Below are positions 13,823-23,084 of a DNA stretch of 28,037 nt, piece by piece. The DNA is taken from positions 1 through 28,037 of IMG/VR virus record IMGVR_UViG_3300033067_000947; one strand, given 5' to 3'. Positions within the stretch are counted from its first letter, which is position 1. Each line of letters opens with the position of its first letter. Source of the stretch: a virus. Lineage: Duplodnaviria; Caudoviricetes. The translations under genes were made by a program, and so were the position numbers. The notes under the pieces are model-generated. The model worked only from the letters and a program-made list of their open reading frames with translations, had not been told where the DNA came from and did not search any database.

Positions 13823-15552
13823 TGACATATCTCCCCGACGATGCCACCAGCTACATCACGCAGTGGGGCATCCTCAAGAACGGCCGCGCGCTATGGGAAC
13901 AGCGCTGGACTGAAATCTCCGAGTTGATGGACCCGCTCCAGGCGCAGTTCTGGGGCGATGGCGCCTACGTAAATGGCACGGGTTCGGTCGGGACATCGAG
14001 CAACGGCCTGATCCAGTACGGGCAGGGCGGCGTCAATCGCACGGCCAAGATATTCGATAGCACCGCCCCGGTTGCGCTTGGGCGCTTCGCTGCCGTGCTG
14101 GAGAGCGTCCTGACGCCCCCTGGCGCGATCTGGCACACGCTCCTCCCCGAAGGTCAGGACGAATACGATCCCGGCTCTGAGGGCTCCCGGTGGCTCTGTG
14201 AGGTGAACGAGCGCATCTATCAGGCGCGCCAGAATCCGAAGGCAAATTTCGCCTCTCAGCAGTTCATGAACTATCGCAGCCTCGGCTCGGTGGGGACAAA
14301 CTGCCTCTACGTCGATAGCGCGCCGGGGATTCCGCTTCGTTACCGCTCGATCCACATGAGCGAAATCTGCATCTCGACCAACTCGCAAGGGATGGTGGAT
14401 CAGGTCTATCGCCGTTTCTGCCTTACCGCCCGCCAGGCTGCACAGGATTACAGCAAGCCGGGGGACAATCTCCCGCAGGTGGTCAAGAACCTAGCGACGA
14501 TCCAGCCTTACGCGCAGATATGGTTCGTCCATGTCGTGTTCCCGAACCCGGACGTAAGCTGGGGCAAGCTCGGCCCGGCGGGGATGAAGTGGTCGAGCCG
14601 TACCGTCTGCGAGATGGAGCCGACGATCGTCCGCAAGGGCGGCTATCGGACAATGCCTTACATCGTCTCGCGCTATGAGGTTTCGGCGGGGGAGATTTAC
14701 GGGCGCTCTGCCGGCGATCCGATCCTGCCAGCGGTTAAGATACTGAACGCCGCGGCGAAGTCTCAGGTCCGCACATGGCATCGCAACGACGATCCGCCGT
14801 GGCTCACCATGGACGATGCGGTCATGACGCCGCTGCGAACCATGCCCGGCGCGATCAATCCTGGGATGGTGGACGAGAACGGCAAGCCCAAGGTGCTGCC
14901 GCTGCTGACCGGCGGCAACTACGCCTATTCGCAGGAGATGTTCGACCAGTACCGCGGTGTGGTGAATGACGCCTTCTTCGTCACGCTGTTCCAGATCCTT
15001 GTGGATACGGGCCAGATGACGGCCCGCGAGGTGACGGAGCGTGCCCGCGAGAAGGCGATGCTGATCATGCCCGCGATGGTGCGTCAGCAGAGCGAATGCC
15101 TTGGCCCACTGCTGGAGCGCGAACTCGATCTCATGTGGGAGGCGCGGCTTCTACCCCCGCCCCCGCAGGAGATCATCGAATCCGGTGGCAGCTATACGAT
15201 CGGCTATCGCTCGCCGCTGGCGATGTCGGCGGATGCAGACCAGGCGACGGCGGTCCTCAACACATGGGGCGGTCTGGCCCAGATGGCGGAACTGGCGCAG
15301 ATCGTGCCGCAGGCCGCAGAGGTGTTCGACAACTTCGATCTCGACGCGATGGCGCGGAAGCTAGGCAAGGGCTTCAACCTTGAGGCGGAGGACTTCAACA
15401 CCATCGAGGCGCGTGACGCCATCCGCCAGCAGCGTGCGCAGCAGCAGGCATTGCAGCAGGCCGTAGCGGCGGCGCAGCCCGTGTCCGGCGCGATCAAGAA
15501 CGTGGCGCAGGCGCAGAGCCTCGCCCAAGCGCAGCCCGCCGGCAACGCATGA
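13822..15552 (+). CDS. Portal (head-tail connector), BPP-1/T7-like
   Basis: 576 aa; KIFDSTA, PYIVSRY....GEIYGRS, MTAREVTERAREK, SECLGPLLER, YRSPLA, Gln/Ala-rich tail. Confidence 0.95.
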   Translation: MTYLPDDATSYITQWGILKNGRALWEQRWTEISELMDPLQAQFWGDGAYVNGTGSVGTSSNGLIQYGQGGVNRTAKIFDSTAPVALGRFAAVLESVLTPPGAIWHTLLPEGQDEYDPGSEGSRWLCEVNERIYQARQNPKANFASQQFMNYRSLGSVGTNCLYVDSAPGIPLRYRSIHMSEICISTNSQGMVDQVYRRFCLTARQAAQDYSKPGDNLPQVVKNLATIQPYAQIWFVHVVFPNPDVSWGKLGPAGMKWSSRTVCEMEPTIVRKGGYRTMPYIVSRYEVSAGEIYGRSAGDPILPAVKILNAAAKSQVRTWHRNDDPPWLTMDDAVMTPLRTMPGAINPGMVDENGKPKVLPLLTGGNYAYSQEMFDQYRGVVNDAFFVTLFQILVDTGQMTAREVTERAREKAMLIMPAMVRQQSECLGPLLERELDLMWEARLLPPPPQEIIESGGSYTIGYRSPLAMSADADQATAVLNTWGGLAQMAELAQIVPQAAEVFDNFDLDAMARKLGKGFNLEAEDFNTIEARDAIRQQRAQQQALQQAVAAAQPVSGAIKNVAQAQSLAQAQPAGNA

Positions 15553-15971
15553 CCACGATTGCATATCGCAACGGCGTGATGGCGGCGGATCGCCAGGTAA
15601 CGATGGGCGACACGAGTGTCGGTGATGCAGTCAAGGTCGTCCGCATCAAGGGCGTTCTAGCTGGCTTCTCGGGCAATATGGCGCTTGGCCAAAAGTTTTT
15701 GGACTGGGTATCGCGCGGGATGGCTGGCGAGCCACCGGGGATGAAAATGGGCGACAGCACCGCCCAAGGCATAGTGGCTGCATGCGGGCGTATCCTGACA
15801 TGGGATCATGAGGGGTGGGATCGCCTGACTGCCGATTACTACGCGATCGGCTCAGGCCGCCTGATTGCGCTTGGTGCAATGGCGGTGGGTGCCTCGGCTG
15901 AGGATGCCGTGCGAGCAGCAATTCGGCACGACGTGTATTCGTCCGGCGCAGTTCTGGCCCTCGCAGCCTAG
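15549..15971 (+). CDS. HslV/proteasome-beta-like Ntn-hydrolase threonine protease
   Basis: M-TTI..RNG...AAD.Q.T.G.T..G...KV.R...V.AGFSG and YAIGSG; Thr1, Asp, Lys and GSG catalytic elements all present. Confidence 0.85.
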   Translation: MTTIAYRNGVMAADRQVTMGDTSVGDAVKVVRIKGVLAGFSGNMALGQKFLDWVSRGMAGEPPGMKMGDSTAQGIVAACGRILTWDHEGWDRLTADYYAIGSGRLIALGAMAVGASAEDAVRAAIRHDVYSSGAVLALAA

Positions 15972-15974
15972 CGC

Positions 15975-16259
15975 ATGTCATTCACCGAAGACGCCCTTGC
16001 GTGGATATGGCGCAGGCGGAAGCTGCGTGACGCCTACAAGAAGTTCTTCACCTCGCCCGAGGGCAAGCTTGTTTACGAAAGCCTGCGGATCAAGGGCGGC
16101 TACGACCATCCGATCATCGAAACGACCGACACGCACCTGACGGCATTCCGCCTCGGGGCGCGGTCGATGGTTCTCCACATCCTGAAGACGGCCAATCTCA
16201 CGGACGAGCAAATCCGTGATGCGGCGGAGAACATTGCGCAGAGGAGCGGTATCGAGTGA
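15975..16259 (+). CDS. Bbp19-like head-associated protein
   Basis: AYKKFFTSPEGKLV..L ... TAFRLGARSMVLHIL; located between portal and scaffold. Confidence 0.85.
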   Translation: MSFTEDALAWIWRRRKLRDAYKKFFTSPEGKLVYESLRIKGGYDHPIIETTDTHLTAFRLGARSMVLHILKTANLTDEQIRDAAENIAQRSGIE

Positions 16260-16990
16260 GCCAGACAGCGGTCGCGGAAGCGGCACCCGCAGAAGCCAAC
16301 ATCCTCGCAACGACTGAACAGAGGGCCCCGGAAACGGGGCCTTCGCCGTTTGAGGGACTGCCTCCTGAACTGAAGGCGGTCGCGCAGACGAAGGGCTGGA
16401 AGGGCGTCGAGGATGCCGTGAAGGCATATGCGAACGCTGAAAAGGTCATTGGCGATAAAGTCGCGATGCCGAAGACGGACGCAGAGCGTGAAGCGCTGCT
16501 GACCAAGCTCGGCGCACCCGCTGACGGAAAATACGACCTGAAGGTGCCAGAGGGCGTCACGGTCGATGCGGACCTGAAGACCGGCTTCGAGACACTCGCC
16601 GCGAAGATCAAGCTGCTGCCCGCTCAGGCGCAAGCTTTGATGGATTGGAATAACGAACTCGCCAAGGGGCAGGCAGATGCCGCGGCGAAGGCCGAAGAGA
16701 CAAAGGCCGCTACCAAGGACGCCGCGCTTGAAGCGCTGAAGTCCGAACTCGGCGCCGACAAGTTTGAAGCTGACCTAACGCTCGCCACCAAAGCGGCTGA
16801 GTACGGCGGCTTCCCCAACGACTTGCTCAACCGTCTTGAGGACGTGATGGGCACCAAGAGCTTTGTCCAGTGCATGGCGCGTATCGGCGCACTGGGGAAC
16901 GAAGATCAGTTCGTGAGCGGAAACGGGCGGCCCGCCCCCCGCAGCGACCAAGACCGGGCCGCCCGCCTCTACCCCACCTCACCAAATTAA
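16256..16990 (+). CDS. Capsid scaffolding/assembly protein
   Basis: Acidic, Ala-rich, helical; KAY.NAEK.IG, YDLKVPEG, C-terminal AARLYP; directly before the major capsid gene. Confidence 0.8.
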   Translation: MSQTAVAEAAPAEANILATTEQRAPETGPSPFEGLPPELKAVAQTKGWKGVEDAVKAYANAEKVIGDKVAMPKTDAEREALLTKLGAPADGKYDLKVPEGVTVDADLKTGFETLAAKIKLLPAQAQALMDWNNELAKGQADAAAKAEETKAATKDAALEALKSELGADKFEADLTLATKAAEYGGFPNDLLNRLEDVMGTKSFVQCMARIGALGNEDQFVSGNGRPAPRSDQDRAARLYPTSPN

Positions 16991-17002
16991 GGACGGACCT
17001 GA

Positions 17003-18055
17003 ATGTCCAGCTTTCCCGTTAAGTCGGGGGCGGTGTCTTTGCTCGATTGGGCAAAGTCCATCGACCCCAACGGCAACACGGCTGATGTTGCCGAACTGCT
17101 CTCGCAGGCCAACGAGATCTACTACGACGCCACCTTCATCGAAGGCAACTTGCCCACCGGCCACCAGGCCGCGATCCGCACGGGTCTTCCCGAGCCGATC
17201 TGGCGCAAGCTCTACGGCGGCGTTCCCGCCTCCAAGTCGCTGCGTGCGAACGTCATCGACTCGGTGGGTATCCTCGAAGCCCGCAACGAAATCGATGTCG
17301 ATGTCGCGGCACTGAACGGCAACACCGCTGCGTTCCGTCTCTCGGAAGGCAAGGCGTTTGTCGAAGCGATGGGCCAGTATTTCGCGGAAGCCATGATCTA
17401 TGGCGACTCCACAATCAACCCGGAGCAGTTCAACGGCCTCGCGCTGCGGTACAACTCCATCACCGTCGCGACCAACCCCACCGCCGCCAACGTGATCTCT
17501 GCTGGTGGCTCGGGCAACTGCACCTCGGTGTGGCTTGTCGTGTGGGCCCCCGACACCGTGACCGGCATCTTCCCCAAGGGCTCCAAGGCGGGCCTCGTGC
17601 ATGAAGATCTCGGCACGATCGACGCCTTCGACGCGAACAACAACCGCTATCGCGCGGTTGCGGATCGCTGGCAGCAGAAGGGCGGCATCCACGTCAAGGA
17701 CTGGCGCTACATCGTCCGCATCGCGAACATCTCGGTGTCGGACCTGTTGGCCCAGACGGGCACCCAGGTCAACACCGCCTCGACCTGGCTGCACAAGCTG
17801 ATGGTCAAGGCGCTCCAGCGCATTCCGATGGCGGGCAAGGGCAATGCTGCCTTCTACTGCTCGCGTACCGTCAAGGAAATGCTGGCGGTCGGCGCGCTCG
17901 ACAAGAGCAACGCCGTTCTCTCGATCCAGGATTCGTTCAACCAGTTCGGCATGATGGGTCCGGGCGCCGTGGTTCGCCCCGGCGGTCTGGCCTTCCAGGG
18001 CGTTCCGGTCCGCACCGTGGATCGCATCCTCGAAACCGAAACCGCGCTCACGTAA
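17003..18055 (+). CDS. Major capsid protein (Bbp17-like)
   Basis: LLDWAK..DP.G....VAELLSQ.NEI, EGNLPTGH, RTGLP..WRKLY.GV, FNGLA.RY, GIFPKGSKAGL, DWRYIVRIANI. Confidence 0.95.
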   Translation: MSSFPVKSGAVSLLDWAKSIDPNGNTADVAELLSQANEIYYDATFIEGNLPTGHQAAIRTGLPEPIWRKLYGGVPASKSLRANVIDSVGILEARNEIDVDVAALNGNTAAFRLSEGKAFVEAMGQYFAEAMIYGDSTINPEQFNGLALRYNSITVATNPTAANVISAGGSGNCTSVWLVVWAPDTVTGIFPKGSKAGLVHEDLGTIDAFDANNNRYRAVADRWQQKGGIHVKDWRYIVRIANISVSDLLAQTGTQVNTASTWLHKLMVKALQRIPMAGKGNAAFYCSRTVKEMLAVGALDKSNAVLSIQDSFNQFGMMGPGAVVRPGGLAFQGVPVRTVDRILETETALT

Positions 18056-18073
18056 GCGGGAAAGGAAACAACC

Positions 18074-18571
18074 ATGTACGTCGATAAGAACTTCGAGTTC
18101 TCGGACGCGCAGGCGGTAACCGTTACCGCTATCTCGTCCAATGTGTACGACCTCCTCACCAAGACGACCGGCGGCGCGACCATCGCCTCGACCACTGTGG
18201 GTAACACCCGCATGGACGTTGGCGCTGGCGAGCAGCCGGGCTCCTTGTGGCTGATCGTGCAGACCCAGACCACCATCACCGATGTCGGCTCTGACGCCAC
18301 GCTTGCCGTGACGCTGGAGACGGCGGACGATGCCGGTCTGTCGAGCAACAACACCGTGATCGCCACCAGCGGCACGCTGGCGTTCGCCACGTATGCGACC
18401 GCCGGCTCCCGCATCATGGCGGTGCAGTTGCCGTCTGTGAGCTATCGCCGCTGGCTCGGGCTTCGCTTCACAGTCGCGTCGGGTCCGTTCACGGCGGGCG
18501 CGATCGATGCCTTCCTGACCGCCACGCCGCAGCTCTACACGGCGAACAAGTCTGGCTTCACGGTCCAGTAA
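18074..18571 (+). CDS. Bbp16-like capsid cement/decoration protein
   Basis: MYVDK..EFSDAQAVT.TA.S.NV.DL ... RRWLGLRFTV..GP.TAG.I.AFL. Confidence 0.85.
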   Translation: MYVDKNFEFSDAQAVTVTAISSNVYDLLTKTTGGATIASTTVGNTRMDVGAGEQPGSLWLIVQTQTTITDVGSDATLAVTLETADDAGLSSNNTVIATSGTLAFATYATAGSRIMAVQLPSVSYRRWLGLRFTVASGPFTAGAIDAFLTATPQLYTANKSGFTVQ

Positions 18572-18783
18572 TGGCCCGTGTTGTTGCGATTGATCGTGGG
18601 CATGACGGCTCGGTCATCCGTGAAGTCGGGGATGTCTTTGACGTTCCCGACGAGCGGCTGAACGACGGCTCAACGTGGTTCGTTGCGGAGAAGCTGGCCC
18701 CAAAGCCGGTGACTTCCAACCCCGACGTGGTGCCGGGCGCGGGTCCTCGCCGGAACACCCGGCCGAAAGTCACGCCCGACTGA
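18571..18783 (+). CDS. Hypothetical virion-associated protein (70 aa)
   Basis: TAATG overlap; V.AI.RG......R..GDVF.V ... WF pattern. Confidence 0.75.
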   Translation: MARVVAIDRGHDGSVIREVGDVFDVPDERLNDGSTWFVAEKLAPKPVTSNPDVVPGAGPRRNTRPKVTPD

Positions 18784-18806
18784 TTGTCTGAACTAGCGAA
18801 ACGGAT

Positions 18807-18840
18807 GGGGCTCGGTGGAAACGCCGGGCCCCTTTCTTTT
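18807..18840 (+). terminator. Rho-independent terminator after the head genes
   Basis: GGGGCTCGGTG-GAAA-CGCCGGGCCCC followed by TTTCTTTT. Confidence 0.85.
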
Positions 18841-18850
18841 GGGGATTTGA

Positions 18851-19825
18851 ATGGCTCAATCGACCATTATGGCTGCGGCGACCACGATTGGTACGCAGTC
18901 CAGCGGCATCACGGTTCTGGCGGGGATGTCGGTTACTGCGGGACTGTTTGTCGCCTCGGGCAATCTGCCGAGCGGAGCCTCATTCCCTGTTTACGCCGAG
19001 ACGCCCGGTCCCGGCGCAGATACGCCTATCGGGACGCTCACGACGGCGAATCCGATCTATGTTTTCCCCGGCCCCGGCACGTATCGGATCGTCCGCAATG
19101 CGGTTGCGGTCCAGAACGGCGCTGCGATTGCGACGGGTGTCTACCTCGAAACATCGGCTGGCGGTGCGCTGCCGGTGATCTCTGGCGGCTCTGGCACAAC
19201 TGCGGATCAGGTGCAGGGTAACGCCGCCAACAACGCGACAGAAGCGGGCAACCCGGTCGGCATCGGCGGCACCGCGTTCACACTGCCTTCGACGCCCAGT
19301 TCCGCCACAACGGGCAATCGTGTCCGCGCCGCCTTCACACTCAAGGGCGCGCAGTATGCGGCACTCACCGATTCCGCCGGCACGAATATCCTGATCTCGC
19401 AGCCCAATGCGGATGCGGTCGGGAATACCACGCTGACTCTCCCGGCCATCGCCTTCGGGTACGAGTGGAACGGCGCGACCTGGGACCGCCGCCGCAAACC
19501 TGGGTTGCCCTATTTACTATTTACCTCGGCGGCATCGGGCAACCCGGCAAATGTGAAAGCGACTCCGGGCGAGGTTTACCGGGTCATCGGCACATGCGCC
19601 GCTGCCGACGTGTTCATCAATTTCTTCAACACCGCGGGCACGCCGACAGTCGGAGCGGGCACGATCGTTTCACAGATCCAGGTCACGGCCAGCACCAAGT
19701 TCGCGTTTGACTTGGCCGGGATGTATTTCAGCACCGGCATCGGGATCACCCTGACCACGACGGCGGCCGCAACGGTGGGCTCGGCTGCCGCGGCCCTGTC
19801 TTCGTTCCAAATCATCTACGCCTAA
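18851..19825 (+). CDS. Putative fibre/spike or decoration protein (Ala/Thr/Gly-rich, beta-rich)
   Basis: 324 aa; WNGATWDR motif; C-terminal VKATPG...F.N.A.TPT.G...FSTGI segment. Confidence 0.6.
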   Translation: MAQSTIMAAATTIGTQSSGITVLAGMSVTAGLFVASGNLPSGASFPVYAETPGPGADTPIGTLTTANPIYVFPGPGTYRIVRNAVAVQNGAAIATGVYLETSAGGALPVISGGSGTTADQVQGNAANNATEAGNPVGIGGTAFTLPSTPSSATTGNRVRAAFTLKGAQYAALTDSAGTNILISQPNADAVGNTTLTLPAIAFGYEWNGATWDRRRKPGLPYLLFTSAASGNPANVKATPGEVYRVIGTCAAADVFINFFNTAGTPTVGAGTIVSQIQVTASTKFAFDLAGMYFSTGIGITLTTTAAATVGSAAAALSSFQIIYA

Positions 19826-20457
19826 TGTCCTCCCAGATTTCCATCTGCCAGGGTGCGCTTCGCATCATCGGGTCGGCGCGCATTACTGCGCTCGATGGTT
19901 CGACCGAGGAGGCTGTCCAGCTTTCCGATGCGTGGGACGTAACCCGCGACGCGGAACTGGAGCGCCATCCGTGGGTGTTCAGCCTCGCGCGCACCACGCT
20001 CGCGGCAAGCAGCGTCATCCCGCCGTTCGACTACGACTATGCCTATCCCGTGCCGAGCGACTCCCTGCGCATCCTCGATGTGGCGGGTTATCCCAACCGC
20101 TTCTGGACGCTTGGCCGGAACGATGATCGCAAGGCCATCCTGATCAACGGGACCGGCGGACAGGAGATCAATGTCCGCTACGTCCAGAAGGTCACGACGG
20201 TGGGGGATTATCCTGCTGCGTTTGCCAAGGTGCTTTCGGCCGCTCTTGCCGTCGAGCTATGCGAGCGCATCACGCAGAACGATGGCAAGATCCAGGTTGC
20301 GGCCGCACGCTACGAGCAGGCGATCAAGGACGCCTATCTCACCGACGCAATCGAGATGCCTCCGCAGCAACAGCCCGAGGATGAATGGATTCTCGCTCGG
20401 GGTGATGGGTGCGGTAACTCGCTTGAAATCGCTTGCCTGAACGGCGTCTGGACCTAA
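19825..20457 (+). CDS. Tail tubular protein A / adaptor (T7 gp11-like)
   Basis: ISICQGAL..IG..RITAL, RDAELERHPW.F, Y.Y.YP.P.D.LR, LA.ELCE.IT. Confidence 0.88.
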   Translation: MSSQISICQGALRIIGSARITALDGSTEEAVQLSDAWDVTRDAELERHPWVFSLARTTLAASSVIPPFDYDYAYPVPSDSLRILDVAGYPNRFWTLGRNDDRKAILINGTGGQEINVRYVQKVTTVGDYPAAFAKVLSAALAVELCERITQNDGKIQVAAARYEQAIKDAYLTDAIEMPPQQQPEDEWILARGDGCGNSLEIACLNGVWT

Positions 20458-22671
20458 ATGGCCCGCACGCGCCCGCCGCTGCTCGCCTTCAACAACGGCG
20501 AGATCAGCGAACTCGCGCAAGCTCGGGTCGACCTGGACAGCTATCAGCGTTCGCTCTCGCGCTGCCTGAACTTCCTCCCGCTCCGGCAGGGCGGGATCAC
20601 GCGGCGCCCCGGCTCACGCTATGTCGCGACGGTGCGCAACAGCGCGCGCCCGTCCTTCTGTATGCCCTTCATCTTCAGCGATGACGATGCGGTCCTGCTG
20701 GTCCTGAATGACGGCTATATCCGGTTCTTCAAGGACCACGCGCCGATCGAGTCCAGCCCCGGGGTTCCCTATGAGATCGCGCACCCTTGGGATGACAGCG
20801 TTCTCTTCAAGCTCAGCTTTGTGCAGTCCGCGGACGTTCTCTACGTCACGACGGAAAGCTACAGCATCTACCTGATTTCCAGGCTCGCGGACACGAACTG
20901 GACGATCACCTTTCCCTCGATCACGCAGGGGCCGTTCCTAGACGACAATACGGACCTGACGATCACGGTCACGCCCTCGGTTCTGACCGGCGCCGGCACC
21001 CTCACGGCATCGTCTGCCATCTTCTCGCCCGATCATGTCGGGGCGCTATTCCTGATCTGGGCGACAGACCTCACAACGCCAAGCCTCAGCCCATGGGAGC
21101 CGAGCAAGGCTGTCGTGATCAATACGCGGACCTACTACAATGGCCGCATCTATCTGGCGCTGAATAGCGCAACGACCGGCACCGTTCCCCCCACGCAGGA
21201 CGAGGGCAACCGCTGGGACGGGCAGGCGGCGGCAAGCGTCGAGTGGGCGTTTGAATCCTCGCTCTACGGCATCGTTTCGATCCAGAGCTATACGAGTTCG
21301 ACGCAGGTAGGGATCACGGTTCTCAAGACGCTGCCGAGCCCGGTTGCCTTCACGCCATCGAACCGCTGGGCCTTCGGGGCGTGGAGTGTTTACGAGGGCC
21401 TGCCTCGCACGGTGACGTTCTATCAGGACCGCCTCACCTTCGGCGGGACGACCAATTCGCCTGACACGATCTGGATGAGCGCGAGCGGGGATTATCTCAA
21501 CTTCGCCCCGCGTGATTCAGGCGGGCTCGTGGTGGCCGATCTCGGGATCACTGTCACGACATCGAGCCAATCCGTCAACGTCATACGCCAGATGGTCCCG
21601 GACGGGGCGGGGCTTTACTGCCTGACAACCGGCGGCGCGTTCCTGATTGCTCCCAGCACGACCAACTCGCCGCTCGGCCCGGACAATATCCGCGCCATCC
21701 CGCAGACCACCTTGGGCGCGGCTTTGGTGCGGCCTGCGCGCTCGGGGCCGGTGACACTGAGTGTCCAGAAGGGCGGGCGGGTTCTGCTCGCCAATGTCTA
21801 TACCTACGACAACGACCGCTACGTCGCGACCAACACGACGCTGCTCAATCCCGGCGTCCTGAAAACCGGCGCGATCCAGATCGACTATGCGCAGGAGCCG
21901 CATTCGATCCTGTGGTGCGTGCTGGAAGATGGCACGCTCGCGGCCCTGACCTATGACCAGCAGCAGGAACTCAACGCCTGGTCGCGGCATGAGATGGGCG
22001 GGACGGATGCGGCGGCGAAGTCGCTGGCCGTGATCCCGGCGCCCGACGGCGTGGTGGACGACCCTTGGCTTGTCGTGAGCCGGACGGTGGGTGGCTCCAC
22101 GGTTCAGTTCGTCGAATATATCGACGGCTCGTGGGCGCTCGATGGGGATGCGGCGGAGGCGTACTATGTGGACGCGGGGCTGACCCAGACCGGGGCCGCT
22201 TCCACAATCACCGGCCTTTCCCATCTGGAGGGGCAGACCGTCGATGTCTGGGTCAATGGGGCCTCGCATCCGCAGTGTGAAGTCAGCGGCGGATCGATCA
22301 CCCTCAACGCTTCCTATTCCACGCGCACTGCGGGACTCCCCTGCTGGCCGAATGCCCGGACGGTACGGATAGAGGCCGGGGCGCAAGACGGCACTGCACA
22401 GGGCTCCATCAAGCGCTGGGTGAAGCCTGCCTTCCGTATCTTCAATTCGCTCGCCTTCCTGTTTGGCACCGATACCCAGCAATACCGGACGCAGCTCCGC
22501 CGCCCCGACATGAACATGAGCGGGCCGGTCACGCCTTTCACGGGCAACACCGACCGCGCCTCCTCGCCTAGCGGGTACGACACGGACGGCTGGATCACGA
22601 TGACCCAGGATCAAGCCGGGCCTCTGACCATCCTTGCCGTGTATTTAATCGAAGAGACCGCCGGCACATGA
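20458..22671 (+). CDS. Tail tubular protein B / nozzle (T7 gp12-like)
   Basis: FNNGEIS....ARVD...Y, N.....GG..RRPG.RY, QSADVL, P.TV.FYQDRL.FGG, AWSRH, GLSHLEGQTV, Q..GPLTILA. Confidence 0.92.
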   Translation: MARTRPPLLAFNNGEISELAQARVDLDSYQRSLSRCLNFLPLRQGGITRRPGSRYVATVRNSARPSFCMPFIFSDDDAVLLVLNDGYIRFFKDHAPIESSPGVPYEIAHPWDDSVLFKLSFVQSADVLYVTTESYSIYLISRLADTNWTITFPSITQGPFLDDNTDLTITVTPSVLTGAGTLTASSAIFSPDHVGALFLIWATDLTTPSLSPWEPSKAVVINTRTYYNGRIYLALNSATTGTVPPTQDEGNRWDGQAAASVEWAFESSLYGIVSIQSYTSSTQVGITVLKTLPSPVAFTPSNRWAFGAWSVYEGLPRTVTFYQDRLTFGGTTNSPDTIWMSASGDYLNFAPRDSGGLVVADLGITVTTSSQSVNVIRQMVPDGAGLYCLTTGGAFLIAPSTTNSPLGPDNIRAIPQTTLGAALVRPARSGPVTLSVQKGGRVLLANVYTYDNDRYVATNTTLLNPGVLKTGAIQIDYAQEPHSILWCVLEDGTLAALTYDQQQELNAWSRHEMGGTDAAAKSLAVIPAPDGVVDDPWLVVSRTVGGSTVQFVEYIDGSWALDGDAAEAYYVDAGLTQTGAASTITGLSHLEGQTVDVWVNGASHPQCEVSGGSITLNASYSTRTAGLPCWPNARTVRIEAGAQDGTAQGSIKRWVKPAFRIFNSLAFLFGTDTQQYRTQLRRPDMNMSGPVTPFTGNTDRASSPSGYDTDGWITMTQDQAGPLTILAVYLIEETAGT

Positions 22672-23084
22672 TCGAGATCGTGCCTTTGAAGGCGTGGCAC
22701 CTCTGGGGCCTCGATCTACAGGACAGCCAAAAGCACATGAGCGACCGCATGAATAGCGCGTTCGCCATGGCGCTGGAGAGAACGCACGCCATGACGGCGC
22801 TGCGGGACGGGAAGCCGATCGCCTGCGCGGGCATCGCGTGGGTGCAGAACTGGCCCCGCTACGCATGGGCGCTGCTGGGCGACGAGATCGGGAGCGCGAT
22901 GACGCGGATCACGCGGGCGTGCTGGGCGAGCATTTCACGTGAAACCGAGCCGGTCTTTACGCATGTGCGGCCCGACATACCGGCCAACACGCGCTGGCTG
23001 AGGGCTTTCGGGTTTGAGCCAACCGGGCAGGCGGATTTCCTGCCAGACGGCAAGTCTTACGAACTTTGGGTGCGCCGGGCATGA
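22668..23084 (+). CDS. Internal virion protein A-like (GNAT-like, T7 gp13 position)
   Basis: DGKPIACAG, AWAL, RWLRAFGF; directly after the nozzle gene. Confidence 0.75.
   Translation: MIEIVPLKAWHLWGLDLQDSQKHMSDRMNSAFAMALERTHAMTALRDGKPIACAGIAWVQNWPRYAWALLGDEIGSAMTRITRACWASISRETEPVFTHVRPDIPANTRWLRAFGFEPTGQADFLPDGKSYELWVRRA

Noticed and set aside
21517-22614. 365-aa minus-strand ORF (and similar ones at 16979-17794 and 12677-13390)
   Set aside because: Shadow frames of well-supported nozzle, capsid and terminase genes
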